Shown: positions 16,816 to 25,229, numbered from the stretch's first letter. The stretch is DNA of 41,895 nt from Verrucomicrobiia bacterium (GCA_041482195.1 JBGPDH010000002.1:1-41895); one strand, 5' to 3'. Notes: a model not told the origin generated them from the letters alone. Numbers and translations are program-made.

Positions 16816-18078
16816 ATGGAAAGTTTTTTGATCAAAGGCGGCGTGCCCCTGCACGGTGAAGTCGCCATCAGCGGCAGCAAAAACGCCGCGCTGCCCATCA
16901 TGGCGGCGGCGCTGTTGACCGGCGAACCGTGCGTCATCCGGCGCGTGCCGGATTTGAGCGACACCCGTTTCATGACCCGGATTCTCGAATCCCTGGGCGC
17001 GGAGACCAGGTTTGAACGCGGCACGTTGACGGTGTGCGCACGAAAGATTCGCGGCTACGCGGATTACGAACTGGTCCGCAAAATGCGCGGCTCGATTTGC
17101 ATCATGGGACCGCTGTTGGGGCGGTTAAAAACCGCACGGGTATCCCTTCCAGGCGGCTGTATCATCGGCGCGCGGCCGATCAACCTGCATCGGAAGGGAT
17201 TCGAGGCGTTGGGCGCCAGGATCAAAGTTGAAGGCGGCTATATTGACGCCACGGCAAAGCAACTGGGCGGAACGATTACATTCCTGGGTGGCCGTTCCGG
17301 TTCGACGGTACTCGGCACGGCGAACGTCATGATGGCGGCCACGCTGGCGACCGGGGTAACGGTGATCGAAAGCGCCGCCTGCGAACCGGAGGTCGCGGAC
17401 CTGGCGAAGTTCCTGAATGCCATGGGCGCAAAGATCTCCGGCGCGGGCAGCCCCACCATCACCATCACGGGTGTTTCGAAACTGCATGGAGCAGAACACG
17501 AAGTGATTCCCGACCGGGTTGAAGCGGCCACGTTTGCCATTGCGGCCGCGGCGACGAACGGTGAGGTGATCCTGAAAGGAGCGCGGGCAGATCATCTGCA
17601 TGCCGTAACCGACAAGTTAAGCGAGGCGGGTGTGGCGATCGAACGGCGCGGTGGAAACCTGATGGCGCGCCGCCGCGGGCACTTAAAAGCAGTCGACGTG
17701 ACGACTTTGCCGTATCCCGGTTTTCCCACGGATGTGCAGGCGCAGATGATGTCGCTGCTGACGCTGGCGCCGGGCATCAGCATAATCACCGAGCGGATTT
17801 TTGAATCACGCTTCATGCATGTCAGCGAACTGGCGCGGTTCGGGGCGGACATCGAAATCGAGGGCCCCAGCGCCATCGTGAAGGGCGGGCGGCCCCTGAG
17901 CGGTGCGCCGGTGATGGCGAGCGATTTGCGCGCATCCGCAGCGCTGGTGATTGCCGGACTCGCCGCCAAAGGGACCACGCAGGTAAACCGCATTTACCAT
18001 CTGGACCGCGGTTACGAACGAATGGATGCAAAGCTCCAGAAACTCGGCGCGCGGATTCAGCGCGTCGAGGAAAAGTGA
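16816..18078 (+). CDS. murA: UDP-N-acetylglucosamine 1-carboxyvinyltransferase
   Basis: 420 aa. It has FLIKGGVPLHGEVAISGSKNAALPIM at the N-terminus, the active-site Cys loop LPGGCIIGARPINLH and the C-terminal IYHLDRGYERMDAKLQKLGA. Confidence 0.95.
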   Translation: MESFLIKGGVPLHGEVAISGSKNAALPIMAAALLTGEPCVIRRVPDLSDTRFMTRILESLGAETRFERGTLTVCARKIRGYADYELVRKMRGSICIMGPLLGRLKTARVSLPGGCIIGARPINLHRKGFEALGARIKVEGGYIDATAKQLGGTITFLGGRSGSTVLGTANVMMAATLATGVTVIESAACEPEVADLAKFLNAMGAKISGAGSPTITITGVSKLHGAEHEVIPDRVEAATFAIAAAATNGEVILKGARADHLHAVTDKLSEAGVAIERRGGNLMARRRGHLKAVDVTTLPYPGFPTDVQAQMMSLLTLAPGISIITERIFESRFMHVSELARFGADIEIEGPSAIVKGGRPLSGAPVMASDLRASAALVIAGLAAKGTTQVNRIYHLDRGYERMDAKLQKLGARIQRVEEK

Positions 18079-18143
18079 TTAGAGCCGTTTCAAAAATTCT
18101 GTGACCCCCAAGAGGCTTGATCCCGTGAAACAGCGCCAGCGTC

Positions 18144-18218
18144 CTGGACTGCGGCAGTCCCCTGCCGCTTTCCAACGCGTCGTGATTTCCAAAAGCGGCG
18201 GAGGACCGCCGCAGTCCA
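18144..18218. repeat. inverted pair of GGACTGCGGC...GCCGCTTT hairpin units (family F3, arrangement U-U')
   Basis: The units are TGGACTGCGGCAGTCCCCTGCCGCTTT (18144-18170) and AAAGCGGCGGAGGACCGCCGCAGTCCA (18192-18218). 23 of 27 positions are complementary. Each unit is also a hairpin on its own (GCGGCAG/CTGCCGC and GCGGCGG/CCGCCGC). Confidence 0.8.
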
Positions 18219-18285
18219 AAACCTCGCGGAATTTACTGGCCGCACTTCCGAAGCTGGCTGCGGTTTTATTGAAGATGCTCCAAAA

Positions 18286-18342
18286 GGCGGGAACGGTTGG
18301 CGCGCACCCACAAATTCGGATGCGAACTGCACCGTTCCCGCC
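18286..18342. repeat. 12-bp perfect inverted repeat with 33-nt loop
   Basis: GGCGGGAACGGT (18286-18297) pairs with ACCGTTCCCGCC (18331-18342). On the plus strand it is followed by AGTTTAATTT, so it may contribute to murA termination. Confidence 0.55.
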
Positions 18343-18354
18343 AGTTTAATTTCC

Positions 18355-18443
18355 CCACAAAATAAAAGAGCGCGACGGGCGGCCGTTGACACGGGTGTCC
18401 CGCATTGCGGGATTCACACCGGTGTCAACGGCTGCCCGCGCGC
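18355..18443 (-). terminator. long GC-rich hairpin plus U-tract: intrinsic terminator of the 112-aa minus-strand gene
   Basis: The arms are GCCGTTGACACGGGTGT (18382-18398) and ACACCGGTGTCAACGGC (18416-18432), with 16 of 17 positions paired. An extension pairs 18370-18381 with 18433-18443. The loop contains an inner hairpin, CCCGC-att-GCGGG. On the minus strand the stem is followed by TCTTTTATTTTGTGG. Confidence 0.6.
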
Positions 18444-18474
18444 CCGTGCCCCACTTCAAGCTGATGCGACGGGT

Positions 18475-18813
18475 TCATACGCCGAGCAGTTCGCGGCTGG
18501 CGGCATAAATGCGCGCCTGACGCTCGGTCCGGTGCACCGCCGTCGCGGCTTTCTCCTCGAACAGGACCGGGAACACCAGCAAGGGGTAATACGTGACCCA
18601 GGCGAGCGCCGCGGCTTCGTTGGCCGCGCGCCGCAGCGGCGTGTTCAATTCCGGCTTGGCCAGTCCGGCCAATTGCGTTGTGAGCAACCGGCTTTTAAGC
18701 CGTTCAAACTCATTTTCCTGGGTGGCCCGAAATGGCAACGGCGGTCCGGCCTGTAATTCGAACCGGGTTTCGGGGGCGAACCGGGTCGCCACTCGTGTTT
18801 GATTTTTGTTCAT
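18475..18813 (-). CDS. hypothetical protein (112 aa)
   Basis: Track ORF 18475-18969, trimmed to ATG 18813 (MNKNQTRVATRF...). The longer form would read through a strong terminator hairpin at 18853-18883. GAAAGG lies 7 nt upstream of the ATG. No family recognised. Confidence 0.55.
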   Translation of the reverse strand: MNKNQTRVATRFAPETRFELQAGPPLPFRATQENEFERLKSRLLTTQLAGLAKPELNTPLRRAANEAAALAWVTYYPLLVFPVLFEEKAATAVHRTERQARIYAASRELLGV

Positions 18814-18842
18814 GTTCTGCCTTTCGTTATCAGTTTTGGTCC

Positions 18843-18883
18843 AGCAAACAGAAAACCCGCGATTGACGGGCAATCGCGGGTTT
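18843..18883 (-). terminator. orphan intrinsic terminator / attenuator hairpin in the leader of the 112-aa gene
   Basis: A perfect 13-bp stem, AAACCCGCGATTG (18853-18865) / CAATCGCGGGTTT (18871-18883), with a 5-nt loop. The minus-strand RNA reads ...CAAUCGCGGGUUUUCUGUUUGCUGG. No annotated minus-strand gene ends upstream of it. Confidence 0.65.
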
Positions 18884-19128
18884 CTGGTAAATCGGTTACG
18901 GTTCTTATCTATTGCTTCCCACGATGCCAAAACCAAAGCAATTGCGCTGCCAAATGGACATGCGACCATCGGCCGGCGAATGCTTCAGAGTTGAAACCAT
19001 CGTGGTTTTCATATTCAACGGCAGAAAGAGACACCATTTTGGAACGTTTGTCAAAAGGTTTTTAACCCGGCAAATGCTGATTCTCGAAGCTTGTCGATTG
19101 GCGGGGTGGTGGTAAATTGGCTTCAGGC

Positions 19129-20121
19129 ATGAGCGAACAACTCCGCATGGTCACATGCAGCTGGTGCGAGACGAAGGTATTCATCCCCGGCGATTTGCCC
19201 CCGCTCGGCACCGTGCCCTGCAGCAAATGCGGGCATCCGATCATGATGCCCATGCAGTTGCGGCAGTTTGAGTTACGCGCTGTCATCGGGTCCGGTGGCA
19301 TGGGCAACGTTTATCGTGCCTGGGATACAACGCTGGAACGCATGGTGGCGGTTAAACTGATGAAAAAGGAGCTGCTCGAGGACGCAAAAGCCCTGGAGAG
19401 TTTCTACCGGGAAGCCCGTGCCTGCGCCCGCCTTAACCACACGAACATCGTCCACATCTACACGTTCGACGAGGCGGAAGGCCAATATTATCTGGTCATG
19501 GAACTGGCCGACCGTGGCAGTCTGGACCAGCGCATCGAGAAATTGCGCGCGCTGCCGGAGCTCGATGTGCTCGACATCGGCATCAAAATCGCCTCCGCGC
19601 TCGACATGGCGCTCAAACATGATTTGCTCCACCGCGACATTAAACCGGGCAACATCCTGTTTAATGCCGACCACGAACCCAAGCTGGTGGACTTTGGCCT
19701 CGCGCAAAAAACCGACGCCGAACAGGAATCGGAGGACGTGACCTGGGGCACACCGTATTATGTGGCACCGGAGAAAATCAAACGGGAGCCGGAAACATTT
19801 TTGTCCGACATGTACAGCCTCGGCGCCACACTTTATCATGCACTGATCGGGCGGGTTCCGTTCGACGCCCCGACGGCCGAAGAGGTGGTCGTGGCCCAGG
19901 TGCAAACGCCATTGACGCCGCCCAACCTGGCCGTACCGGAAATTACCCAACCCACGAGCGATGCCCTGGTGCGGGCGCTGGCCAAGAATCCGGCGAACCG
20001 CTTCTTAAGCTACGACGAACTCCGGATGGCACTGGAAGCGGCGCGAAGTCAGCTGCTCGTTAAACAATACCAAGGGATACCGCAAAAAACCAAAAGCCTG
20101 ACCAGCTGGTGGAAACGGTAA
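19129..20121 (+). CDS. Ser/Thr protein kinase with N-terminal CxxC...CxxC zinc-ribbon
   Basis: The track ORF starts at TTG 19117. I prefer ATG 19129 and the choice is uncertain. The zinc ribbon is CSWCETKVFIPGDLPPLGTVPCSKCGH. Hanks motifs are present: GSGGMGNVY, VAVKLM, HRDIKPGNIL, DFGLA and YYVAPE. Confidence 0.88.
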   Translation: MSEQLRMVTCSWCETKVFIPGDLPPLGTVPCSKCGHPIMMPMQLRQFELRAVIGSGGMGNVYRAWDTTLERMVAVKLMKKELLEDAKALESFYREARACARLNHTNIVHIYTFDEAEGQYYLVMELADRGSLDQRIEKLRALPELDVLDIGIKIASALDMALKHDLLHRDIKPGNILFNADHEPKLVDFGLAQKTDAEQESEDVTWGTPYYVAPEKIKREPETFLSDMYSLGATLYHALIGRVPFDAPTAEEVVVAQVQTPLTPPNLAVPEITQPTSDALVRALAKNPANRFLSYDELRMALEAARSQLLVKQYQGIPQKTKSLTSWWKR

Positions 20122-20148
20122 ATAAAAAGGCGGGCGTCACCGCCCGCC
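20121..20148 (-). terminator. GC hairpin plus U-tract shared by the convergent kinase and secreted-protein genes
   Basis: The stem is GGCGGGCG-tcac-CGCCCGCC (20129-20148). On the minus strand it is followed by TTTTTATT, a canonical terminator for the 20172-20582 gene. On the plus strand it lies 7 nt after the kinase stop but has no U-tract. Confidence 0.7.
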
Positions 20149-20171
20149 CGCAACGAGTCCCGTCCGGAGGA

Positions 20172-20582
20172 TTAATTTTCTTTTGACGGTTCCGGCTTCG
20201 GTTTTTCACCGGTCTTGGCGCCAAAATGTACGGTCACGGCCTCCAGTTTTCCGTTTTCGGTTTTCTGATAGGTACCGCGCACCGGTTCCCCCGCCTTGCC
20301 ATCCGACAAAGTTGCCGGTTCGTCGTTATTGAAGATCTTCGTTGTGGCAGTCACTTCAAAAGTACGGGAGCCCACCGTCAGGGTCTTGCCGCTGGTATCG
20401 ACCGCACTCAGTTTGCCATGAAACGGGATCGCCCCATGCGTTTTAGGCTTGGTGGTTGTGGTTTGATCCGAGGCCGGCGGGGCGCCGGTGTTCGCCTCCT
20501 GAGCGCGGACCAGGGCCGGCATGGCCAACAGAGCGGCTGCAAATAAACTCAGGTGGATGACTTTAGAGATATGATTTTTCAT
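20172..20582 (-). CDS. hypothetical secreted protein (136 aa)
   Basis: Track ORF trimmed to ATG 20582, which gives the signal peptide MKNHISKVIHLSLFAAALLAMPALVRAQE. A Thr/Pro-rich linker, a small beta-rich domain and a Lys/Pro/Glu tail follow. No family recognised. Confidence 0.6.
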   Translation of the reverse strand: MKNHISKVIHLSLFAAALLAMPALVRAQEANTGAPPASDQTTTTKPKTHGAIPFHGKLSAVDTSGKTLTVGSRTFEVTATTKIFNNDEPATLSDGKAGEPVRGTYQKTENGKLEAVTVHFGAKTGEKPKPEPSKEN

Positions 20583-20664
20583 TGGTTGATTAGTTTTTAT
20601 TGTTTGTTTACTCCGATGAAACAGGCGTAAGAATACAACTCTGCGGCAACCAAACAACATTTTT

Positions 20665-21180
20665 TTACCACGTTCCTTCGGTCAATAGCCCGGTGATGTT
20701 CCGCGCCAGATCTTGCGCGAGCAACGGAAGCGCCTGCCGTTCCGCGTCTGACAGGTCGCTGGTGACGGGTACGAGCGTCTGGCCGGTTACATTTTTATCG
20801 AGTAACAACTTGCCCGAGGCGCGTTCACGCGCGGTGACGTGCGCGATCACATCAATGCGATAATCCTGCGGCGTGGCGGCATCGGCGCTCAAAAAACTTA
20901 CCCCGCTGCGGCTGTAACTCGTGACGACACCGCTCACCACCACGTCGCCGGGATCGCGCCCGGTGAGACGGAACGTGCCATCGGTCTGCAGCTGTTCCCG
21001 CAACGCCTGGGTCAACGCGTCGCCCAGGCGGGGTTGGAGGGTCTGATTGTTGAAGGGCAGTACTTCGATGGATTTCCCGCCGGCCACCGCACCGTTGGCC
21101 GGCCCCAACTGATATCCGGCGCAGCCGGCGAATAAACACAGGACCAAAACGCAAGCGACGGAAAACAGGATCGGACGCAT
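20665..21180 (-). CDS. LptE-like LPS-assembly lipoprotein
   Basis: Track ORF trimmed to ATG 21180, 1 nt after the upstream gene's stop. The lipobox LFAGC is followed by AGYQLGP...SIEVLPFNNQTLQPRLGDALTQALREQL, the pattern I associate with the LptE family. The assignment is from memory. Confidence 0.6.
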   Translation of the reverse strand: MRPILFSVACVLVLCLFAGCAGYQLGPANGAVAGGKSIEVLPFNNQTLQPRLGDALTQALREQLQTDGTFRLTGRDPGDVVVSGVVTSYSRSGVSFLSADAATPQDYRIDVIAHVTARERASGKLLLDKNVTGQTLVPVTSDLSDAERQALPLLAQDLARNITGLLTEGTW

Positions 21181-21181
21181 C

Positions 21182-22168
21182 TCAGTCGGTGGACGTTTGC
21201 AGGCGGGGCTTGAGGACCTCGATGCGCTGGCGGGCCAAAGTGGCATAATGCGAATTGGGGTCGAGTTGCAGCACTTCATTATAATAAATCACCGCCCCGT
21301 CCCATTTCTTGTAGAATTCATAAAACTGCGCAATCTTGAAATTCCCTTTCACTTGTTGGGCCTTGAGGGCGGCGATGATCCTTTGGGCCTGCGGAGCCCG
21401 CCGGTCGTCCGGATAAAGCGTAATGAAATCGGTGAAGGTCGCGATGGCTTCCGAGGCGGTATTCTGGTCGTATTCGGCCGTTTGGGCCTCTTTCGCGTAC
21501 GAAATACCCTGCCGATAGAGTGCGTCCGCAACAATCACCGGCTGGTCCTGATAACGGTCTGCGGCAACTTCGTAGGCTTTGACTGCCGACGGATAATCTT
21601 TCTGTTGCTCGCGGGCAGCACCGATGCGCAATTGTGCATGCGGAGCGACATCGCTATACGGGCCGCTCTTGACGATTTTGCCGAACATGTCGGCCGGCAG
21701 GTCCATCGAAGGAGGGTAGGGGACGTAACCCCAGAGTTTTGGCCATTCGCCCTTCAGGAAAAGCGTGGCGATGGTGTACTGGCGCCAGAGAACATTCTCG
21801 TACTCCGCGCTTTTGGGATATTGGTCGATCAGCACCTGATACGCATCAAATGCCATCTCGCTCTTGCCCACGGCTTCGAGCGAATGCCCCACCAGATACT
21901 GTGCATGCGGCGCATAATCGGACAGCGGCCACATCCGGACCACGCGGCGCGCGGCGCGAAGCGCCAGCCGATAATTCTGAGTGTCGAAGGCCCGCTGCGC
22001 GACATCCAGCTGGTCTTTGGCGCGCGTCCGCTGCCAACCGGTGTCTTCCCCATAGGGAACGTAGGTCCACCCTTCACCCGGGGTATAAGTCGCCGGCGCC
22101 GGCGACCGGAACGGGAACAACGCCACGGCCGCGGCTGTGACCAGCAATAAAATAATCCGGCGATTCAT
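21182..22168 (-). CDS. TPR-repeat outer-membrane assembly factor, BamD/YfiO-like
   Basis: 328 aa with a signal peptide (MNRRIILLLVTAAAVALF) and repeated TPR-like units (...YAPHAQYLVGHSLEAVGKSEMAFDAYQVLIDQYPKSAEY..., ...APQAQRIIAALKAQ...). It lies immediately upstream of the LptE-like gene. Confidence 0.6.
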   Translation of the reverse strand: MNRRIILLLVTAAAVALFPFRSPAPATYTPGEGWTYVPYGEDTGWQRTRAKDQLDVAQRAFDTQNYRLALRAARRVVRMWPLSDYAPHAQYLVGHSLEAVGKSEMAFDAYQVLIDQYPKSAEYENVLWRQYTIATLFLKGEWPKLWGYVPYPPSMDLPADMFGKIVKSGPYSDVAPHAQLRIGAAREQQKDYPSAVKAYEVAADRYQDQPVIVADALYRQGISYAKEAQTAEYDQNTASEAIATFTDFITLYPDDRRAPQAQRIIAALKAQQVKGNFKIAQFYEFYKKWDGAVIYYNEVLQLDPNSHYATLARQRIEVLKPRLQTSTD

Positions 22169-22225
22169 ACGGCGACACTATCCATCCGAAATCAGCAAGT
22201 CAAGGCACGCTCAGGGGACCGGCCA

Positions 22226-22375
22226 TTAAAGTCCCTCCAGGAATTTTTTGACATAGACAAAGGCCCTGGCCATAACCCCCAGGTAAATGGCCGCCAGAAT
22301 GGAAATAATCAGGATGACGCACAACAATTCCGTGAGACTCCACGCGGTGATTCGGTGAACGGTTTTTATACTCAT
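22226..22375 (-). CDS. 49-aa prepilin-type N-terminal domain mini-protein (below the ORF-track length cutoff)
   Basis: The reverse complement reads MSIKTVHRITAWSLTELLCVILIISILAAIYLGVMARAFVYVKKFLEGL*. AWSLTELLCVILIISILAA matches the class III (prepilin) signal/methylation pattern, with Glu at +5. It replaces the implausible 60-aa track ORF 22200-22382, which is in another frame. Confidence 0.55.
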   Translation of the reverse strand: MSIKTVHRITAWSLTELLCVILIISILAAIYLGVMARAFVYVKKFLEGL

Positions 22376-22388
22376 ACCGCAACCGGGT

Positions 22389-22889
22389 TCAACCGCGGTA
22401 AAGAATCAGCAGGCCAAAATCCGTCAACGTCTTTTGAGAGGCGATGTCCACGTACGTGTAGTTTACGGTATGAATGCCGATGAGATTGGCCTCGCCGACT
22501 TCGGTCAGGAATTCCGTCACCTTGTCGTCGAACCGGTCGTGGCCGGATTCGAAGCAGGTTGCGTGGCGAATGGTGTGGAGGCGGACTTTTTTCGCGGCGC
22601 CCTTGGTCACCACTTCCATCGGCGCATCGGTCTTTTTGATCAGCAGTTCACTCGGTCTATCATGCACCGGTACCTTCAGGTGCTTCTCTATTTTGGCAGC
22701 CGCAGAGGCGGCGATGGGATTGATCGGCTGGCCTCCGGCCGGGACAGCTGCTTCCGACGCCGCCTTGGTGGATTGCCGCGGGATGGTGATGGTTTCGCCA
22801 CAGGCCGGACAGTCAATTTCCGTACCCGCACCGGCGCTGTCCACGACCAGTTCCTGTTGGCAATTGGGGCAGTCAAAGATGATATCCAT
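22389..22889 (-). CDS. zinc-ribbon domain protein (166 aa), function unknown
   Basis: The N-terminal zinc ribbon is CPNCQQELVVDSAGAGTEIDCPACGE. An Ala/Pro-rich linker and a ~90-aa C-terminal alpha/beta-looking domain follow. It ends 13 nt before the mini-prepilin ORF. Confidence 0.7.
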   Translation of the reverse strand: MDIIFDCPNCQQELVVDSAGAGTEIDCPACGETITIPRQSTKAASEAAVPAGGQPINPIAASAAAKIEKHLKVPVHDRPSELLIKKTDAPMEVVTKGAAKKVRLHTIRHATCFESGHDRFDDKVTEFLTEVGEANLIGIHTVNYTYVDIASQKTLTDFGLLILYRG

Positions 22890-22956
22890 AATCGGTAATG
22901 GGTTGACGGCACCATGAGTTTAGCTCCGTGTTACGCTCAAACCAACAAAAAAAATC

Positions 22957-24498
22957 TCACTCCCACTCAATCGTCCCCGGTGGCTTGCTGGTGATGTCGA
23001 ACACGCAACGGTTTACGCCCTTGACTTCGTTGACAATGCGGCTGGCGAGTTTTTCCAACAAGGCATACGGCAGTTTCACCCAGTCCGCCGTCATGCCGTC
23101 CTGGGATTCCACGGCGCGAATGGCAATCGTGTAATCGTAAGTCCGTTCATCGCCCATCACGCCCACGCTGCGCACCGGCAGCAGCACGGCGAAACTCTGC
23201 CAGATTTTGTAGTACCAGCCGGTGCTTTTCATCTCATTGACGACAATGGCATCGGCGTTGCGCAGGATGGCCAGCCGTTCCGGTGTCACCTCGCCCAGGA
23301 TGCGAACGGCCAGGCCGGGACCCGGGAAGGGCTGGCGGAAGACGATTTCCTTCGGCAAACCCAGTTCGAGCCCGAGCTGGCGGACTTCATCCTTGAACAG
23401 ACATTTCAACGGTTCGACCAGCTTAAACTTCATCCGCTTCGGCAGCCCGCCGACATTGTGATGGCTCTTGATCATGGCGGCCGGATTGCCGCCGATGGGC
23501 ACGGATTCGATCACGTCGGGATAGAGCGTGCCCTGCGCGAGGAATCTGGCCTTGCCGACGCGCCGCGTAGCGGCGTTGAAAGCCTCGATGAATGTCCGGC
23601 CGATGACCTTCCGTTTGCGCTCCGGGTCGGTGACGCCTTTCAGCCGGCGCAAAAAAAGTTTCGAGGTGTTTTCATACTGCAATTTGATCCGGAAATGCCG
23701 CCCGAAGACTTCACGCACCACCTCCGCCTCGCGCCCGCGCAGCACACCATTATTAACAAAGATGCAGGTAAGCTGGTCGCCGACCGCTTTATGAATCAGC
23801 GCTGCTGCCACACTCGAATCCACACCACCGCTCAAGCCCAGGATGACCTTTTCCTTCCCGACCTGGGCGCGGATCTGTTCGACGGCCTGGTCGATGTAAC
23901 TCCGCATCGTCCAGCGTTTGCCGCAACCGCAAATCTTATGGACAAAATTGGCAATGATTTCCCGCCCACGCGGTGTATGGGCGACTTCGGGATGAAACTG
24001 AAGGCCGAAGAATCTTCGCGCGCGGTTTTCCACCGCCGCGAATTCGGAATTGTCCGTGACGGCGACGGGTTTAAAATGGCGGGGCAGCCGGGTTAATTTG
24101 TCGCCGTGCGAATTCCAGACCTGCAGTTTCCGGGGTAAATTCCGGAACAAGGCACACGCCGGGTCCTTTACGGTGAGTGTGCCCTTGCCATATTCACGTT
24201 TCCGGCCTTTCTCGACTCTGCCCCCGAGAAATTGCGCGAATAATTGCACCCCGTAACAGATGCCCAGGACGGGAACGCCCAGTTCAAAAATTCTCCGGCC
24301 CGGCAGCGGCGCTTTGGGGTCATAGACACTGTTGGGGCCGCCGGACAAAATCAGGCCGCGGGGCTTGAGCCTCGCCAGTTCGCGCGCCGGAGTGTCGTAA
24401 CGCAGGATTTGTGAATACACGTTGCCTTCGCGAACCCGGCGGGCGATGACCTGGGTGTACTGCGATCCGAAATCAAGAATGATGATTTGCTCGGTCAT
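22957..24498 (-). CDS. guaA: glutamine-hydrolysing GMP synthase
   Basis: 513 aa. It has the GATase domain ([10 protein letters not shown] catalytic Cys), the ATP-PPase P-loop ([13 protein letters not shown]) and the invariant C-terminus KPPGTIEWE. Confidence 0.97.
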   Translation of the reverse strand: MTEQIIILDFGSQYTQVIARRVREGNVYSQILRYDTPARELARLKPRGLILSGGPNSVYDPKAPLPGRRIFELGVPVLGICYGVQLFAQFLGGRVEKGRKREYGKGTLTVKDPACALFRNLPRKLQVWNSHGDKLTRLPRHFKPVAVTDNSEFAAVENRARRFFGLQFHPEVAHTPRGREIIANFVHKICGCGKRWTMRSYIDQAVEQIRAQVGKEKVILGLSGGVDSSVAAALIHKAVGDQLTCIFVNNGVLRGREAEVVREVFGRHFRIKLQYENTSKLFLRRLKGVTDPERKRKVIGRTFIEAFNAATRRVGKARFLAQGTLYPDVIESVPIGGNPAAMIKSHHNVGGLPKRMKFKLVEPLKCLFKDEVRQLGLELGLPKEIVFRQPFPGPGLAVRILGEVTPERLAILRNADAIVVNEMKSTGWYYKIWQSFAVLLPVRSVGVMGDERTYDYTIAIRAVESQDGMTADWVKLPYALLEKLASRIVNEVKGVNRCVFDITSKPPGTIEWE

Positions 24499-24551
24499 GA
24501 ATTAAAAATCAAGACTCACGGTTTGCCTGTCGGAATCTGATTTGGCGAGTT

Positions 24552-24587
24552 AAAAACGCAAAAACCGGACGACCCTGGGCCATCCGG
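24552..24587 (-). terminator. intrinsic terminator downstream of the 121-aa lipoprotein gene
   Basis: The minus-strand RNA reads CCGGAUGGCC-CAG-GGUCGUCCGG, a 10-bp stem that includes two G-U pairs. It is followed by UUUUUGCGUUUUU (plus-strand 24552-24564). Confidence 0.7.
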
Positions 24588-24608
24588 CGTAATGGTGGTG
24601 CCTCGATT

Positions 24609-24974
24609 TTATTTAGGAACCACCTTCACCGTGCCGGTGCCCGGATCATAATCCAGCTTTGAACCGTAGGGCGCGTCCGGCACCTTGCCGATATAATTGG
24701 GCACCATTTCCTGCAGGCTTTTGGGATAGCGACCCTCCGAAACGTTGAACTGTTCGATGGCCTGGTGCAGGTAGGCCAGGTCTATCTGTTTGACCGAGTA
24801 TTTCTGCGCCTGCCCGACCACACCGATGTAGTCCGGCACGGCGGTAAGGGGATTACCGTTGGCGAAGTTCGTGGCGGTGTTGGTCGCAGCCGGTTGGTTG
24901 GTGGAACTGGAACCACCACAGCCGGTCAGAAGCAAGCCGCCCCCTATTGCGAATAAGGCTAATATAACTCTCAT
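24609..24974 (-). CDS. hypothetical lipoprotein (121 aa)
   Basis: Track ORF trimmed to ATG 24974, which gives MRVILALFAIGGGLLLTGC (lipobox LTGC). No family recognised. Confidence 0.6.
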   Translation of the reverse strand: MRVILALFAIGGGLLLTGCGGSSSTNQPAATNTATNFANGNPLTAVPDYIGVVGQAQKYSVKQIDLAYLHQAIEQFNVSEGRYPKSLQEMVPNYIGKVPDAPYGSKLDYDPGTGTVKVVPK

Positions 24975-25085
24975 AGCGCAATTTAATCCAAGCCGCAAAA
25001 ATTCCCAGCGCCAATCGCAGATTTGTATATCGGCACTGAAATCAAACCCCTTTGCCGCGCGCGCGCGACAAACCGCACTGCGCGA

Positions 25086-25229
25086 TTACTGCGCGGGTGC
25101 GTTCGTGGAGGGCGCGTTGGTCGACGGCGCTTCCGGCGCAGACGTCGTATCCGACGCTTTCTGGCAACCGGTCAGCAAACCGAAAGAAACGAGCCCCAAT
25201 GCGAGAACCAAATAGACTAATTTTTTCAT
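25086..25229 (-). CDS. small lipoprotein (47 aa) with APSTN repeats
   Basis: Track ORF 25086-25274, trimmed to ATG 25229, which gives MKKLVYLVLALGLVSFGLLTGC (lipobox). The rest is a low-complexity tail, SAPEAPSTNAPSTNAPAQ. Confidence 0.45.
   Translation of the reverse strand: MKKLVYLVLALGLVSFGLLTGCQKASDTTSAPEAPSTNAPSTNAPAQ

Noticed and set aside
18090-18392. Track ORFs 18090-18392(-) and 18101-18349(+) in the murA downstream spacer.
   Set aside because: Both are generated by the GC-rich F3 repeat and neighbouring hairpins. They mirror each other on opposite strands and lack start context.
22200-22382. The 60-aa track ORF MRYEYKNRSPNHRVESHG...
   Set aside because: The composition is implausible. 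Another frame on the same strand (22226-22375) gives a much more convincing prepilin-type N-terminal helix protein.
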